DNA of 64,000 nt from Negaprion brevirostris (lineage: Eukaryota): NCBI GenBank assembly GCA_030324005.1, contig JARDVH010000130.1, positions 29,154,760 through 29,218,759 on the forward strand, read 5' to 3'. Below are positions 38,431 through 52,607 of the stretch, piece after piece; the stretch's first letter is position 1, and each line of letters starts with the position of its first letter. The notes beneath the pieces were generated by a model that was not told where the DNA came from, ran no database searches, and worked only from the letters and a program-made list of their open reading frames with translations. The position numbers were made by a program, and so were the translations under genes.

Positions 38431-41400
38431 GCCTTTAATTCCTTTAATTTGTCCCTCAATTCACTTGGTGAAAATGTTCCAGCACTGGGCAGCCTTCACA
38501 CTCAGTCCGGGGGCCCCGACTCATCCCCTCGGAGCAAAAAAACCCCCAACTTCTGGGCCTCTTTATTCCAGATCACGTTTACAAAGCTGGGAAATGTCCC
38601 AACTCTGCTCTACCTGGAAGGGGAAATCTGGGCCCAAGACAGCAAAACATTGAGCTGAAGGGAATTTGACTCAGGAATCTTAAGTGGAAATGAGACTGAT
38701 GCTGTGTTATAGAATATAAACTTTAAAACTCCTGCTCTATCTTTTGCTGCAAAAGGGCAGAAAAACGAAAACATAGCAGACAGGAAAAGGCAGCATATGT
38801 AGTTTTGTCCTCAACTCTGTTGGTTGCCTCCCTATTGATACTAAATCATCTCATGCAAGTGCACATGGAGTCATTTCTGCATATACAGATATAGTGTGGT
38901 TACATGATATATATAATACATATATACATATCTCCAACTCAGTTTTAAGTTCCAGGGAATGGTATTAACTTCCCAAAATATTGCCGTTCTTATAATTAAA
39001 TCCATTGCACATTCTATTAATTCTCCCATCAGGTTGTGTTGTATGTATCAAATTATTTGAAGGAGGCAACCATAATAAAATAAAATTACCTAAAAAATAA
39101 AATATCAAATCTGATCAAAAATTCATTAAGGTGACAGATAGTTATTTGTGGGTTAATTGCAAATTAGCATTGAGGGATGAACTAAATGATAGCATCATGC
39201 TCTGAGTGTGTTTTATTCAGCTGGCAGTGCTGTCACCAGGACAGGTGGCACACACCACAAAAATAGTGCACTTGGCAAAATCCTTGGGCCTTGCACAGCT
39301 GGGGAACAGTTAGCAAACCTGGTACAGCTGCCGTTCTAGTCACAATGGGCACTGCGGACAAAGCTCAAACAGCGGAGATACTTGGCAAAGGCAAAAATCT
39401 GGCCCAGCAGGCAGTCACTGCCTGCAAAGATCCCTGTCTTGTTTGTCAACTCGAGGTTGTTCCAACTCGTCAATGACAAGTATGCATAATTAGAGATCAA
39501 AAAATGGCCAAAGGAAGATGGAGTATGATAGGAAGCAATACTTTTTGGAATGTTTTATAAGCTCAAGCGGAGTACTTCAGGCATGTGTAATTCTGAAAAT
39601 TTAAAAGGATTACAAGCAGCTTAATATGGCGAGGGCCTGAAGAATTATTTGTAAGGAATAGTGAAATAAAATCCTGTAATCTTGGCTGGAATTTGTGATA
39701 AATAACTTTAGTTCCAATGTAACTATGGTGACAAATTAATTAATCACACCAGTTTGAAAAAAAATGCTGATTAGCACCCAATAGTTATTGATTATTCTAT
39801 GCTGAAAAAATGTAATAGATTGCTACAAGATTTCAGTGTAGTTTTAAATTTGCTGTAACAGCTGAAGATTGCCAAAGGATTACATAATTTCCCTGCTTCC
39901 CTAGATCTCATATTTCCCCTGCAGTCTGACAGTTCATCCACTAACAATGTGAATACTGACACATCAAGAGTTCAGAGAGAAAAGAACTGAAAGTCCTGCT
40001 CCATTGAAGAAACACAAATGAGTTTGAGCCTGCAGTTTGTCTGAAGTGCATATTGATTATTTCTGTTTGGAGATTGTCTTACAATGCTGATTAACTTATC
40101 TGATTACAAATTAACAAAGTAAAATATTGCATTTAGGTTTCTTTCAGTAATTTGCGGTACCATCTGAAGATTGCCAAACAATTATATAATTCCACCCCCA
40201 ATGACATATTTCACCTCAGTGTGACACTATCCACCAACCACTAGCTCAGTCAAGTGAGTCAGACTCAATTGGAGTCAGCTTCCAGCTTTCATGCTGTGGC
40301 AAATACTTCCATTTTATGATTTATCCAAGCTGTCGATTGAAACTAATAGCATTTTCTATAATATTCATTGTAATTAACTTAATTAATACTAATTATAGAC
40401 AGTTACCAGATGGAAATTGTAGATGACTATCGCTGCCATTTGTAAAGACTATCCTTACCATCAAAACGTCATTGGCAAAGCTCTTCAAGAGCTGTTTGTG
40501 ATCATGAGCAAAAACACCCCTAACACAGTACTGCCAACAATTACACCTCTATGAGGAAGCAAAAAGTTTATAAAAAAGCATTTGTAAAACATTACACTTC
40601 CTTACAAAAGTTGCTCCCAGTTGAAAGTTGCATTGCACGCTTGCGCTTCATAAATTTCTGCTTACAGTTTTCTGCCCTGCAAATACCCCTCAAATCCTGT
40701 AATCTCAAAGTGCTAAATAAGCATCATCAGGATGATTTATGATCATTGCTAATTGTTAGGCTAACGTGACTGAGGTCTCTGTAACTTAACCACTACAATT
40801 TGTTCCATAAGCTCAAAATAATGCAGAGGTTATTTTCCTCAAAAAATACTAAAAACATATTCAAATGTTGCTTTCGTTTCTCTCGTTTCCTCAAGGTGCA
40901 CAGTCTGAGATCAAGTCCAGTCCAACTGAATTCAAAGTATTCCTGGGAACATTGTGTGTCTGAATCCAAAGGTGTTTACATGTATTGATACTTACGTACA
41001 ATAAGTAATAAATAATCAAGACAATAAAATAAAAAATCTATCATTTGGGAAAATGCTATAGACAATTGTGCAGGATTCAAAATGTCAAATGTAAATAAAT
41101 GGCTTTTTGGAGAATCTTGAAGAAATTATATTGCTGCCACAAAACAGCAACGTGTGGTACTAGTAAAAGTAGCATCAGTTAGAAAACGTATGTCTATTTA
41201 GGGATGGTATAATCACTGTTGATTTCAAAGGGGTGAAGCCATCAAATTGATTAATTGAATCAGCAAGAATAATAACAAAGCAGAACAAACAGCCTAGAAT
41301 CCTTTGGTGTGGTGTAGCTAATGGTGTAAATTCACCTCACCTCATCTTCCTGGAAAACTTTCACTCCAAACGACAAACATGGAGTCCAACAATTTCTGAT

Positions 41401-41519
41401 CAACAGCAGTGTTCCAATTTTATTCTGGCAGCATATTTCTTATAATGATTCCATTGTTGCCATTTACAACTCCTCCAGGCCCATATTTTGTTTCTTAACT
41501 TGACCCATTGCCACTCTTG

Positions 41520-41965
41520 CACCATTGTCCATTTTGTCGTATAATCTCTTTTTCCAGTTTAGTGCAGACCCCTTTGTTCTTCCCCAAGCCCTTTACCCTG
41601 CCTCTGGCCTTGGTTCAAACCTGTAGCATCTGTATCATTTTCCAGTTCAAATGAATGGTCATTAATCTGAATGTTAACTCTTCTCTCTCCACAGAGGTTT
41701 TAAGTTTAAATTGATTTATTAGTGTCACGAGTAACTTTACATTATCACTGCAATGAAGTTACTGTGAAAATCCCCTAGTTGCTACACAGCAGCACCTGTC
41801 TGGGTACACTGAGAGAGAATTTAGTATAGCCAATGCACCTAACCAGCACGTCATTTGGACTGTGGGAGGAAACCGGAGCACCTGGAGGAAGCCCATGTTG
41901 ACACGGGGAGAACATGCAGATTCCCCAGACACAGGTTTGCTAGACTTGCTGATTATTTCCAGCAC
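41520..41965 (+). mobile_element. Penelope-like terminal region interrupted by a minus-strand HE1-related SINE (41701-41932)
   Basis: ctctctccacag|...|gctagacttgctgattatttccagcac resumes after the SINE; aggttt on both sides. Confidence 0.6.
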
Positions 41966-42459
41966 TTGTTGCTAATATTCCAATACATTGTCCATATGGG
42001 TACTTATGATGAACGTTTTTAAGCAAATTCATCATGAAAGTTTTAGTTTGAAATTCAAAGTGCTGGTCTAGAGGTATTATTAATTGATGACGTTCATGTC
42101 AACATGCAAATCAAGCTCAATGACCCAACGGGGTTGACCAGGGTGAGTATGGCAGCAGTATGAGTAACCTTGGCCCAGTGTGCCACTGGTCTCACTAGCA
42201 AATACAGGAGTTAATTAAATCTTGCTGCTCCTCAAGGACATGGTGCTTCTAGACCACATCATTGTACATTTCAAGCAATGGTCTAGTTATAGGGCGACTG
42301 GTTTGCAGGATGACTTTATGACACATGAACATATCTCCATGCTACCATGCACTGAACTAGTAATGGGTTGGAGGTAACATATGATAGTTTGAAATTTTTG
42401 ATGAATGTTCTGTGTTAAATAATTTTAGAGGAAGTGAGCCCAGAATGCCCTTGAGAGAC

Positions 42460-44000
42460 TGCTGACAGGTACAGGTGGGGATATTCCAAATTTTGAAGTC
42501 ATAACTCTTTTTGAAGAGGGAGTGCTCGCACTGATGGAGTCCAATTCCTCCAGTAGTATAGGCGGAGACGAGACTGAAGGAAGGCCAGGGTGTAGTGAGG
42601 TGGCAAGAATCTCAGGCTAAATGAAAACGGGAGATGGCAAGTGGAGGTTTAATGGAGGTTGGGCATTCAGCATGGTTGGTGAATATAGTTCACACATTGG
42701 AACCCAGACAAGCTCATCATCTGAAGCTTCACCTCATTGTCCAATGGCGTGTCTGCGGAATCTAATTAGTCTTGTCAGGCAGTGAAATGGTTGATGTGCA
42801 TTGTGTGATACAGCTGATGTGGCAAGGCATTTGACACCCAATTACTCCATTAGTGATATCTCTCTGTTACAGGAGAAACCTCTTCAGTGCAAGCTGTGCC
42901 AAAACCTCCTTCCGAGGATGAGGAGGAACCTTTGCAGGGCGCAGCATCACTTCCTTTCCAGCATCCACTGCCATCGCAGGCACTGGCATGTCAGCATGGT
43001 AGGTTAGAAACATAGAATCCTACAGTGCAGAAGGAAGCCATCTGACCCATCGAGTCTGCACCAAACACAATCTCACCTAGGCTCTATCACCACAACCCCA
43101 TGCATTTACCCTAACTAGTCCCCCTGACACTAAGGGGCAATTTAGCATGGCCAATCCACATAACCTGCAAATCTTTGGACCAAGAGGTTGTTAGGCTCCC
43201 AGACCTGAACCCCAAGTTATCGGCTATCCATGTAATCACATCCATCCACATGATCACGGCCAGAGCCATCAACAGGAGCATTGCCGTGATCTCTCAATGC
43301 TTTGCAGCCCTTCTCTTCAGAAAATGACCCCCGTCGTCTGGCAACCCTTCACCCTCCAGGTAATCTCACCTTTGGATAGTGAACTATGGCATGCACAGCA
43401 AACCATGACCATCGTGGACACGTGTGAGTGGAAGCACTATAATATTCCTCCAGGTTTGCCCAGGTACCGTGATCTCATTTTCAGGAGAACTTTGTTATGA
43501 CTCTGGTGCTGCTGTGGCTTTCATTATACCTCCTTTTTACTTCAGATCTGGGCACCCTCACAGGTAGCACAAGCCATCTTTGCAGTGGCTAGTCCATGTC
43601 ACCTTCCAAGGAATCCAGGCTGAAAATGTCTGAAACCTGCGAGTTCTGAAGGTTGTGGGAATTATGAAGGCTGCCTGGGTACCAGGTGCATGACTGCATG
43701 ATCTGCCAATTATGGTTGCACACCAGCTAGATGTAGAGTGAGTGGAAGCTCTTTCTATTGATGAAGTGACATGACTGTCCAGCAGGAGCCTTTATGCAAC
43801 ATGGCTCAATCAGTGGCTTCCTGCACCCAGGAAAATCCTGCAATTGCTGCTAATCCTTGGGCTCTACCAACTTGACACGTGGCATCCTGTGTGAAGGAGA
43901 TGTAAGTTTCAGCCCTTTGGAACATTGCGTCTGTGAAGAGCTTTATGCACTGGAGAGCAGCCAGTTTTGGGATGCCACTAAGGTCTTCGCAGGCTACCAG
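42460..44000 (-). pseudogene. Harbinger (PIF/HARBI1-like DDE) transposase remnant, with HE1 SINE tail inserted at 43008-43180
   Basis: Minus-strand DLSGI...CIKLFTDAMFQRA, GLAAIAGFSWVQEATD, FINRKSFHSLYI*LVCNH, YPGSLHNSH, VCCACHS match DDE_Tnp_4 motifs; in-frame stops. Confidence 0.8.
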
Positions 44001-45289
44001 GATTGTATCAGGTACCCAGGCAGCCTTCATAATTCCCACATCCTTCAGAACTCGCAGGTTCCAGACATCTTGAGTTGGTTGGTGTGCGTTCTCAGATTTT
44101 GTATCTTTTGCCTGAAGGTATGTCCAGGGGTCCTTGATTACACTGGCTGCTTTTCTGAGGCAGCGGGAAGTGTAGAAGGAGACAATGAATAGGAGGCTGG
44201 CTTGTTGTGATGGACTGGGCTATGTTAACAATCCTTAGTCAAAGCAGGGGGCATACCAAGCTGTGATACATCCGGAAAGGATGCTTTCTATGGTGCGTCT
44301 GTAAAAATTGGTGAGAGTCGTAGCAGACATGCTGAATTTCCTAGAGACTTTATATCCCTGGAAAATGGTTAGGAAAAAAAAATCAAGCATTCAAAAGAGC
44401 CATCCAGATCAGAGTAAAGTCCTCCAATAAAATAACCTCCAATGGTTAGTCTACTCATTCACATGCAGTCCCTGCAGTCACTGTAGTTAACACTCAAAGC
44501 TCAGACTCTGGTCTCAGCTGCAATTTATCAAATTGCCCTTCAGAAATCGGATTCCCCACACAGCGTGATTCACACCCTGAAAGTGTATTATTTCCTTCAG
44601 ACCCTTTATTGCTATCAGTTGTGTTATTAACAACCTTGGTGACTTTCCAAATCAACATTTAAACAACAAGGTTTCTGTCTTTTAGCCCTGCCACATAACA
44701 TCTTATTGCAAACCAGTTTGGTGACTTCAAAAACCCTGCACTCCTCCAATGTCATCACGTAACATTTTATATTCAATGCTGCAAACTGGGACTATATTAT
44801 TTAGGCCCCTGTTTCTGGCTGAAATTGGCAAATTTTGTTTTGGGAAAGAGGGATTTGGAATATCAACTAATGGACAATTCCAAAGTTTGGGTTAACTAAA
44901 GCAACTTGAAAACTTCCCTTCAATATCTTTTCAAAGATTCAAATTTACATGAGAATCACAGGTAAAATCCCATACAAAGCAACAAATTAAAAGTAGAAAT
45001 AACAATAAAACTGGGATACCTTTCAATTTTAAAAAAATCATTCTTCGATGTTGGCATCATTGGCTAGGCTAGCATTTTGCCCATCCCTAATTGTGCTTGA
45101 GAAGGTAGAGGTGAGCTGCTTTCTTGAACTGTTGAAATCCATGTGGTATAGATACACCTACAGTGCTTTTTTTTTGTGATTTGATACAACCGAATGGCTC
45201 GCTAGGATGGTTGAGGGTCAAATCATTAATTAAGAGTTACTTCATTGGTATTAACACAAGTCCGAGACAGTAATGTTTATCTTCCTTAC

Positions 45290-45451
45290 CGTGGTTCATG
45301 ATAATTCTGATAAGAGTAGTGTTGCAGCAAGTTCCACGTGATCCCATTGTCAGCAGAATAGTGCAGTAGAATCCCTTCTCCCGGTTGGTCTGGGGGCTTG
45401 CATGTGCTTAATACAGATTTGCTGCCCAAGCGAAGGGTAAACTGCAGAAAC
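45290..45451 (-). CDS. RELN: Reelin exon (~exon 19), 162 bp
   Basis: [54 protein letters not shown]; acceptor ttccccAG, donor GTAAGG. Confidence 0.97.
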
Positions 45452-48114
45452 CTGGGGAATAATAAGAGTGAGGCACAGGACATTTACTATCTTACATAAA
45501 CCCATCCTTAAAAAGCCTGGACTGAAACATTGTTACACGATTAGCAAGCTGTTAACAGTGAAATTGTTCAGAAAGTCTCCTGTTTCTAAATTTTGGATTT
45601 TCTTGATTGTGGAATCCTCACCATGGATTCCAAGCNNNNNNNNNNNNNNNNNNNNNNNNNNNNNNNNNNNNNNNNNNNNNNNNNNNNNNNNNNNNNNNNN
45701 NNNNNNNNNNNNNNNNNNNNNNNNNNNNNNNNNNNNNNNNNNNNNNNNNNNNNNNNNNNNNNNNNNNNNNNNNNNNNNNNNNNNNNNNNNNNNNNNNNNN
45801 NNNNNNNNNNNNNNNNNNNNNNNNNNNNNNNNNNNNNNNNNNNNNNNNNNNNNNNNNTCTGATTCTAGCCAGAGTATTTGCAGAAATGGCCCTCTCTCTG
45901 CTCCCCAAGAATTGATCTTTGCCTGGCTCTCCCTTTTCACTCCCTCTTTTAACACTTGCACTGCTCCTGTGTTGTCAATCTGCTTTTCGAAATCCAGTCT
46001 TGGATGTGCTGAGATTCCCTCCAGTTAAACATTAGGAAGACCAAAGCCATCATCATTGGTTAACTCAGCATTCTCACCATAGATTCCAAACCCTCCCCTG
46101 CCATTTCCTTAGGCTGAGCCTGACTGTTCAAAACTTCAGTAATATTATGCAAAATGCCATATCTATGCCAATTATTTTTCATACATACTCCCCTTAACCT
46201 TTACTGTTAATTATTTTTAGACTGCACAGCATGAACACCTCTAATCTGTTCTCATAACTCATCCTCTTTTTATTTGGATCAGATTTGTGGTTCTCCTCTG
46301 TACCCTGTCTATTATATTTATATATTTTTTGTGGCATAATGATAGACATAAACACAATATTCTGAGTATGATATGATTAGTACATTTATAGGGCTGGGTA
46401 TAACTTGTTCAGATACTTAACTGTGCTAATTATGTGGGATGAGAGAAATGAAAAATGAAAGAGTTTCTAACAGGTGGGGAGCGATCCCTACGACCACTGT
46501 TTTATGTGGTTTGACTTGAATATCTCCAGCTCTGGCTGGAATTAAAATTGGGGACTGTCAGTGCCATGGGATCCCTATCTGCATATTTAAAGAAGGATTC
46601 AATGGATACAAGTGGGTATCTTTGCCACCAGAAGAATAAAATAATAAGTAAGTCATTTCTGGTATTTAACTGCCCACCCACCTGGTTTCTGTCATCCAAG
46701 TAAGGGTTTTTTTTATTCATTTGTGAGATATGGACATCGCTGGTTGGCCATCATTTACTGTTCATCCCTAGTTGCCCAAGGGCATTTGAGAGTGAACCAC
46801 ATTGCTATGGCTCTGGAGTCACATGTAGGCCGGACCAGGTAAGGATGGCAGATTTCCTTCCCTAAAGGACATGAGTGTTCAAGATGGGTTTTTCTGACAA
46901 TGGTTTCACGGTCATCAGCAGATTCTTGATTTCAGATTTTTTAAGCGCTCCCTTGATTGATATCCAAGGTTCGTAGTTTTCTTGCATTTTTTCCACTAGC
47001 ATTAGCAGGAGCTCTTCAGGAGTAATTATAACATGCATATTACTGACTCCTAAACGCCAAGGAATGTTGTACACAGCTGAGGAATGCTGTACCCACACTA
47101 ACAGCAAATCCAATGCAAATATGCTTAATTTTAGTCAGAACTCTTAGAACAACTACTAGCTTGAAAATGACCAAGTCAATGACTGTCACGTTCCAAGCTC
47201 AAAGTAATTTTGCAGCTTTCAAATTTCAAGTGGTAAGAAAGGGCTAAACTGTACTCATTACTACTGATCAGTAATTCTCCTGGCGTTATGCTTGACACTA
47301 AACAGGATTCCCAGATTGTGTGGATGATGTTAGTTCAGCTGCTTCATCTCTCATGCTCCTTTTGGCTGAAATCACTTAGCATTTATGAGATTTTGGAAAT
47401 AGCCTTGCACTGGTTCCTCCTGATTCATCCCTCAGCTACTCAACAGATTTACTCCAGTCGTATACCACATCTTGTGGCAGAAAGATCAACAGGATGCCAT
47501 TTCATTATAAATTACATAATGTAGTTAGGTCAATTCATCTCAGATATGAGGATGTCTTGCTTTAATTCAGTCTGCTCAGCTACAGAAATGTCATTGCATT
47601 TGCCATCAGTGTGTCACTCTAATTTGGAAGTAATTGGCTACTGCCAAATAATGTCTTTCTTGAATAATTTTGCTACCCTTATGCTATGATTCATATTTAT
47701 AACACGCAACCCTTAAAATCAGGATTATTCAACTTTGTAGTCCCAGAGACACATATAGGCTATGAACCCTGCAGCTCAGTCCTCAAGATAGAAACCATTC
47801 AGATCTATATGTGTTAAAATATTTATCTGCTGGTGATCGGTATTATTTTTGAGCGCCTGGAGATTTAGAAATTGCTGATTTGTTCTCTGTTCCTATTGAT
47901 GGATGAGCCACAAATATCTGATTGATTGTCACAGCAGCTTCAAATGTCTGCAGTTTAATGGGAACATCAATGTGACCTTTATATTTCAGATTTCCAGCAC
48001 CCACAATACTTTGCTTTTATATCAATGTGATCTTTATGCATGGCCCCAAGACGGTGTACACCTATTGTCCCACAATACGTGGAACTTAATGGACATCCCC
48101 ATATTAAAATTCTG

Positions 48115-48620
48115 ATTGAAACATATAGGATCCTGAGGGGATTTGATAGGATTGATAGCAAAAGGCTATTCCACTTCTGGGAGAGACTAGAACCAAGGGA
48201 CACAGTTTAAGAATAAGAAGCCTGNNNNNNNNNNNNNNNNNNNNNNNNNNNNNNNNNNNNNNNNNNNNNNNNNNNNNNNNNNNNNNNNNNNNNNNNNNNN
48301 NNNNNNNNNNNNNNNNNNNNNNNNAAGCCTGCCATTAAAGATGGAGATGACAAGAATTTCTTTCTCTCAAAGGGTCATTAGTGTTTTGAATTTTCAATTC
48401 CCCAGAAAGTAGTAGGGGCTTGGCCATTGAAATAATTCAAGGCTGAGTTAGACAGGTTTTTGATAGACAGTGGAAGGACTCGAGAATGATGGGGGGGGGG
48501 GGACTGGTGCGGTGGGGGTCAAGTTGAAACCATAACCACATCAGTCGTGATTTTATTGAATTGCAGCGCAGGCTCAATGGCCTGAATGGCCTACTCCTGC
48601 TCCCAAGTCCTAAGTTCCTG
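48115..48620 (+). mobile_element. CR1 LINE 3' fragment
   Basis: attgaaacatataggatcctgaggggatttgatagg...ggcctactcctgctccc. Confidence 0.75.
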
Positions 48621-48951
48621 CGCTCAACGCTTGCGGCGTTAAAAATTGAGAGTAGACTAAACCCATTATCTTGAGCTACTGTCTTGTGGATATGAAGCAG
48701 GATGATAAAAATTATGCAGAGTTTGCCACAATGTTAAAGTCTCTCAGCCGTTTGACAATAAATGGGCATTGCATGCCAAAGCAATTCAATGACTGAGGAG
48801 ATTGATCTCTGAGAGCAATCTTTCTCCACAGAGAATTCTAAGATAGTGATCTAAACAATAATTCTCTCAGAGAATAAGTGCATAATATTTGAATGAGCAC
48901 TGGTGCCATTTTTAATTCCTATTGTTTATTAAATACCTCCGTAATATTTAC

Positions 48952-49185
48952 CTGGCTAGAGTACTGTCGAGGAAAGAAGTAATGAGCTCTCGCCTTCCCT
49001 CTTTGTTAAATACTAGAGCCTTGCCGCTCGAGAGGACGCCACAGCCAAAGCCAAGTTCTGCACCACGGATTGAGTGGAAGTTGTGGTAGGACGAGAGCCG
49101 GGAACTACTAAAACTTTCTGAAATTATGGTAGGAAATGTTTGCGAAGCCATGTCACATCCAGGCCCTGAAAATCCTGGATCACAT
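48952..49185 (-). CDS. RELN: Reelin exon (~exon 18), 234 bp
   Basis: [78 protein letters not shown]; AG/GTAAAT boundaries. Confidence 0.97.
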
Positions 49186-50455
49186 CTGAAAGCAAATAGA
49201 AAAGCAGATAGGTTCACACTGAAAAAGTATTAACATAAAACAATAACTGGGCACAAATCTTTTACAATATATTATTATTTAATAGAACAGTTGAACTAAT
49301 TGGTGATCAAAGTATTTAATGTATTTTAATAATATTAATTATATTCATTTATTAATATTGATTGGATACCGATATCATTGGACTGTGATTGGCTCCTTTG
49401 AATTACTGCAGTCTTAACTTCAGGTCTTGCCAATGTCTATGGTGTTTTGCGTGGCTTCCCATCCCACTGCCAGGGAACCCACTGCCGCAGGAAGGGCTGG
49501 AAAATCCCACCCTAGCGGCCGTGCTATCAATTGATTCAGCTGTCTTAAGGTGTGAAGCTTTTAATTATGAATCACCAGAAGCAGCTTTGTGCTCTAGTCT
49601 GTAGACTAGACTAAAAGTTGTGAGAATTGATAAGGGACAGAAATATTAATTTTCTTGTTTTGAAACACAAACATGAAACACTGTAGGAAAAGGTGATTTG
49701 ACCTCACAGCCATGCCGTTTCCTTGTGGATCTCATTTTCACATTCCTGTTTCCTCGCAGTCTTTTTTCTACAGAAACACGTAAATACAAATTCACCACAG
49801 TCCCAGATGACCATAGACTGTGATTGGTTGTGATTTAACTTCAGGGTCACCACACCTCAGGTGCCGGGAAGGTTGAGAAGCCAAGCCTTCATGAATAACC
49901 TCAGCTGGTTCAGGAATTGAACCCACGCTGTTGGCATCATTTTGTATCACTAATTGGCTGTCCAACCAACTGAGCTAAATCAGACCCCGTGTTGAGCATT
50001 TTCAGAGATCCTTTCTACAAAAAGCTGGTTAGTGCTATATAATAGGAATGGAGTTTAACTATTGATATTATTCTGTTCCTCTTCTAATATACCATGGTGC
50101 TTGTCTTCACTGCTGTTGTCCAATATGCTGATGGAATCAGTGAATTCTGATTCTAACACTTAAATCCTTTTCCTTTGAGCACCAAACACCAGGCAGGTGA
50201 AGCTGAAAGGGTCATGTAGATGAGTTGGTTGGGGACTTGTGCACTTCTTCTAACCTCTTGACTTCAGTTGTGCATGTTCATGATGAAGTCTCTCAATAGG
50301 TTAATGCCTTCCCAAATTAATCTTCTCCATTTTGATCAGTTAAAGTATTGTCATANNNNNNNNNNNNNNNNNNNNNNNNNNNNNNNNNNNNNNNNNNNNN
50401 NNNNNNNNNNNNNNNNNNNNNNNNNNNNNNNNNNNNNNNNNNNNNNNNNNNNNNN

Positions 50456-50590
50456 GTTGACAAGGATGTTTGACCTCTTCAAGGATACTTTGAGAACATC
50501 GCCGAAGCATTTTGCCTGTCCTTCTTGGAGTCTTCTGTCATGACAGAGTTCCAAGTGGAGCAGTTTCTTCAGTTGTCTGGTGTCAGACAC
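50456..50590 (-). mobile_element. RTE-clade LINE fragment
   Basis: LKKLLHLEL..RRLQEGQAKCFGDVLKVSLKRSNI resembles RTE C-terminal R..GGQ.KR.KD.LK.SLK. Confidence 0.55.
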
Positions 50591-52540
50591 GTGAACAATA
50601 AAAATAACTCCACTGGACTGAATGTGAGCGATTTTTTAAAAATTCATTTTTATGGGATGTGGGTGTTGCTGCCAAGGCCAGCATTTATTGCCGATCCCTT
50701 GCTGTCCTTGAAAAGATGGTGGTGAGCTGACTTCTTGAATTGCTGCATTTCCTGAGATGTAGCTACAACCACAGTGCACTTAGGGAACGAGTTCTGGGAT
50801 TAGTGCCTTGATGCTGAAAAAGTAGGCTTGGGAGAGGATGTTGTCATTAGACCACCTTTCTTGCCACTGGATTTGGAAGATCTTGTGACAGCCACCACTA
50901 GTCAAACTTCTCCAGAGCTTTGAAGCTCCTGCTGTAGGTTGTCCAAGGCAGGTGAAGTGTGTCTTCTTCTACTGGGCATACAGCTTAGATCCTGGGCTAT
51001 GGGACACCTGCCTTCCATCATGCCTTCTGAAGTGGGAAGTCCTTTGAGTGAAGACAGAGACTTATCCTCAGATGAAGCCTGGTGAATATTAGCAACTGCA
51101 GATCAGGATCTGTATTTCCAGGTTCTGGCCTAAAACATAGGCCTGCTGTCCATATTATAATGGAACTGTCTGAATGGGCAATGCTGTTTTATTTTGNNNN
51201 NNNNNNCTCCATGTTCCCATGCCAATTATGTTACATTTAATGGAAGATCATTGTGTCGCTGTCAAGGTCAAAATTGATTGCCCATCCCTAGTTACTCTGA
51301 CAAGATGGCACTGGATTTTTGCTCAGCTGCTTCAGAGATCAAAAATGAGTGAATTACATTAATTTTTGGACTGGAGGCCCTGACTGGGTCTGGTGAGACG
51401 GTTCCTTCCCAGTAGGACATTAGTAAACCAGTTGGGTTGATAGTGATATTATAACAGCTTCATGATCACTTTTACTGACAGTGTTTTATTTCTGGCCCAG
51501 TTCACAATAAGATCTAAATTCTTTCCAATCAACTGCAATAAATTTGGGGATATTGCCGATAATACCTTAGGCTATTCGTATTTCTCTCTCTCTATATGTA
51601 TGAGAGCAATGCGTGGGGCACATCATTTGCAACCACTCTTCAGCTCAAATATTACATTGTTTAGAATCGTACTTTACTTCCTGTTCCATGAGTATTGATC
51701 TGATGCTGGATCTCTGTACATGATTTTTGAAAACAATCAATTAACCTGATCATAAGCATTTAGAAACTCTTCAACATCAAGTCATCTCTCTGGGTTGCTT
51801 TAAATTAATTTTGATATTAGGAGCTACGATCAGTGACTGAAATTAGGCAGTCACTTCTCAAGTGTGTGCTGGAAGACAATTTAATTGATCGCTGTTATCA
51901 AAACTCCAGAGCTCATAAGTATTTTTCTTAACAGCGGGAGTGAGAGGCAAAGTTTTCAAATTGTACGTATTGCCATACAAAAATGAAATTGTGATGTGTT
52001 CTTTACAAACATAGCACAGAATGTATAACACAGCAAATCTTCCCTCATTCCTTCCACTGATGATACCTAGGGCAATTGTTTCCTCAAATGCTGTGCGTGG
52101 GTTTACAATTATGATGTCTTGCATTTTGATTAATTTGAAGAGCAAATCACATGGCAAATAAGTTGCCACATACTCCTGTCACATATCCATTAGCAAGGTT
52201 AGAGCTTTGCCAGTTGTTTCCACAGTTGCTTTGCCATTTAACCTGACTTGTAGGCAGGATTGTGAAATTTTTCAAGATTAGTATTAAACTGCATCAAACA
52301 AGACGTTATCTACAGGAAGTTTATTTAAAGCCCACTGTGCTGTATTGGTAGACAGGTCCCAGTTAAATAAACAATTCTGTTTTCTTGTGCCTGTCACATG
52401 GGTGAGAGATTGCAGTTACTGCAGCAAGGTTAATTATCAGAGGGATTAGGTCAGCAAGAATGTTTTAATTTGTTGGTGATATCTCAAAGTCATGTTTAGA
52501 CTTAGATGAAATAATAGAGAATAATGAGGCTTCATCTTAC

Positions 52541-52607
52541 TTGCATCCGTTGGTGGTACATCGACCTCGACCAGAACACAATTTGTAACAGGCAGGGCCT
52601 ATGTAGA
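52541..52607 (-). CDS. RELN: Reelin exon (~exon 17), 67 bp, EGF-like module of repeat 1
   Basis: (V)[21 protein letters not shown](K); acceptor cttctgcAG, donor GTAAGA. Confidence 0.95.

Noticed and set aside
42460-44000. Domesticated HARBI1-like gene nested in the intron
   Set aside because: In-frame stops, degraded catalytic motifs, SINE insertion and truncation indicate a dead transposon
48215-48335. aagcctg on both sides of a 100-N gap as a TSD
   Set aside because: CR1 sequence continues directly across it; most likely a contig-overlap artefact
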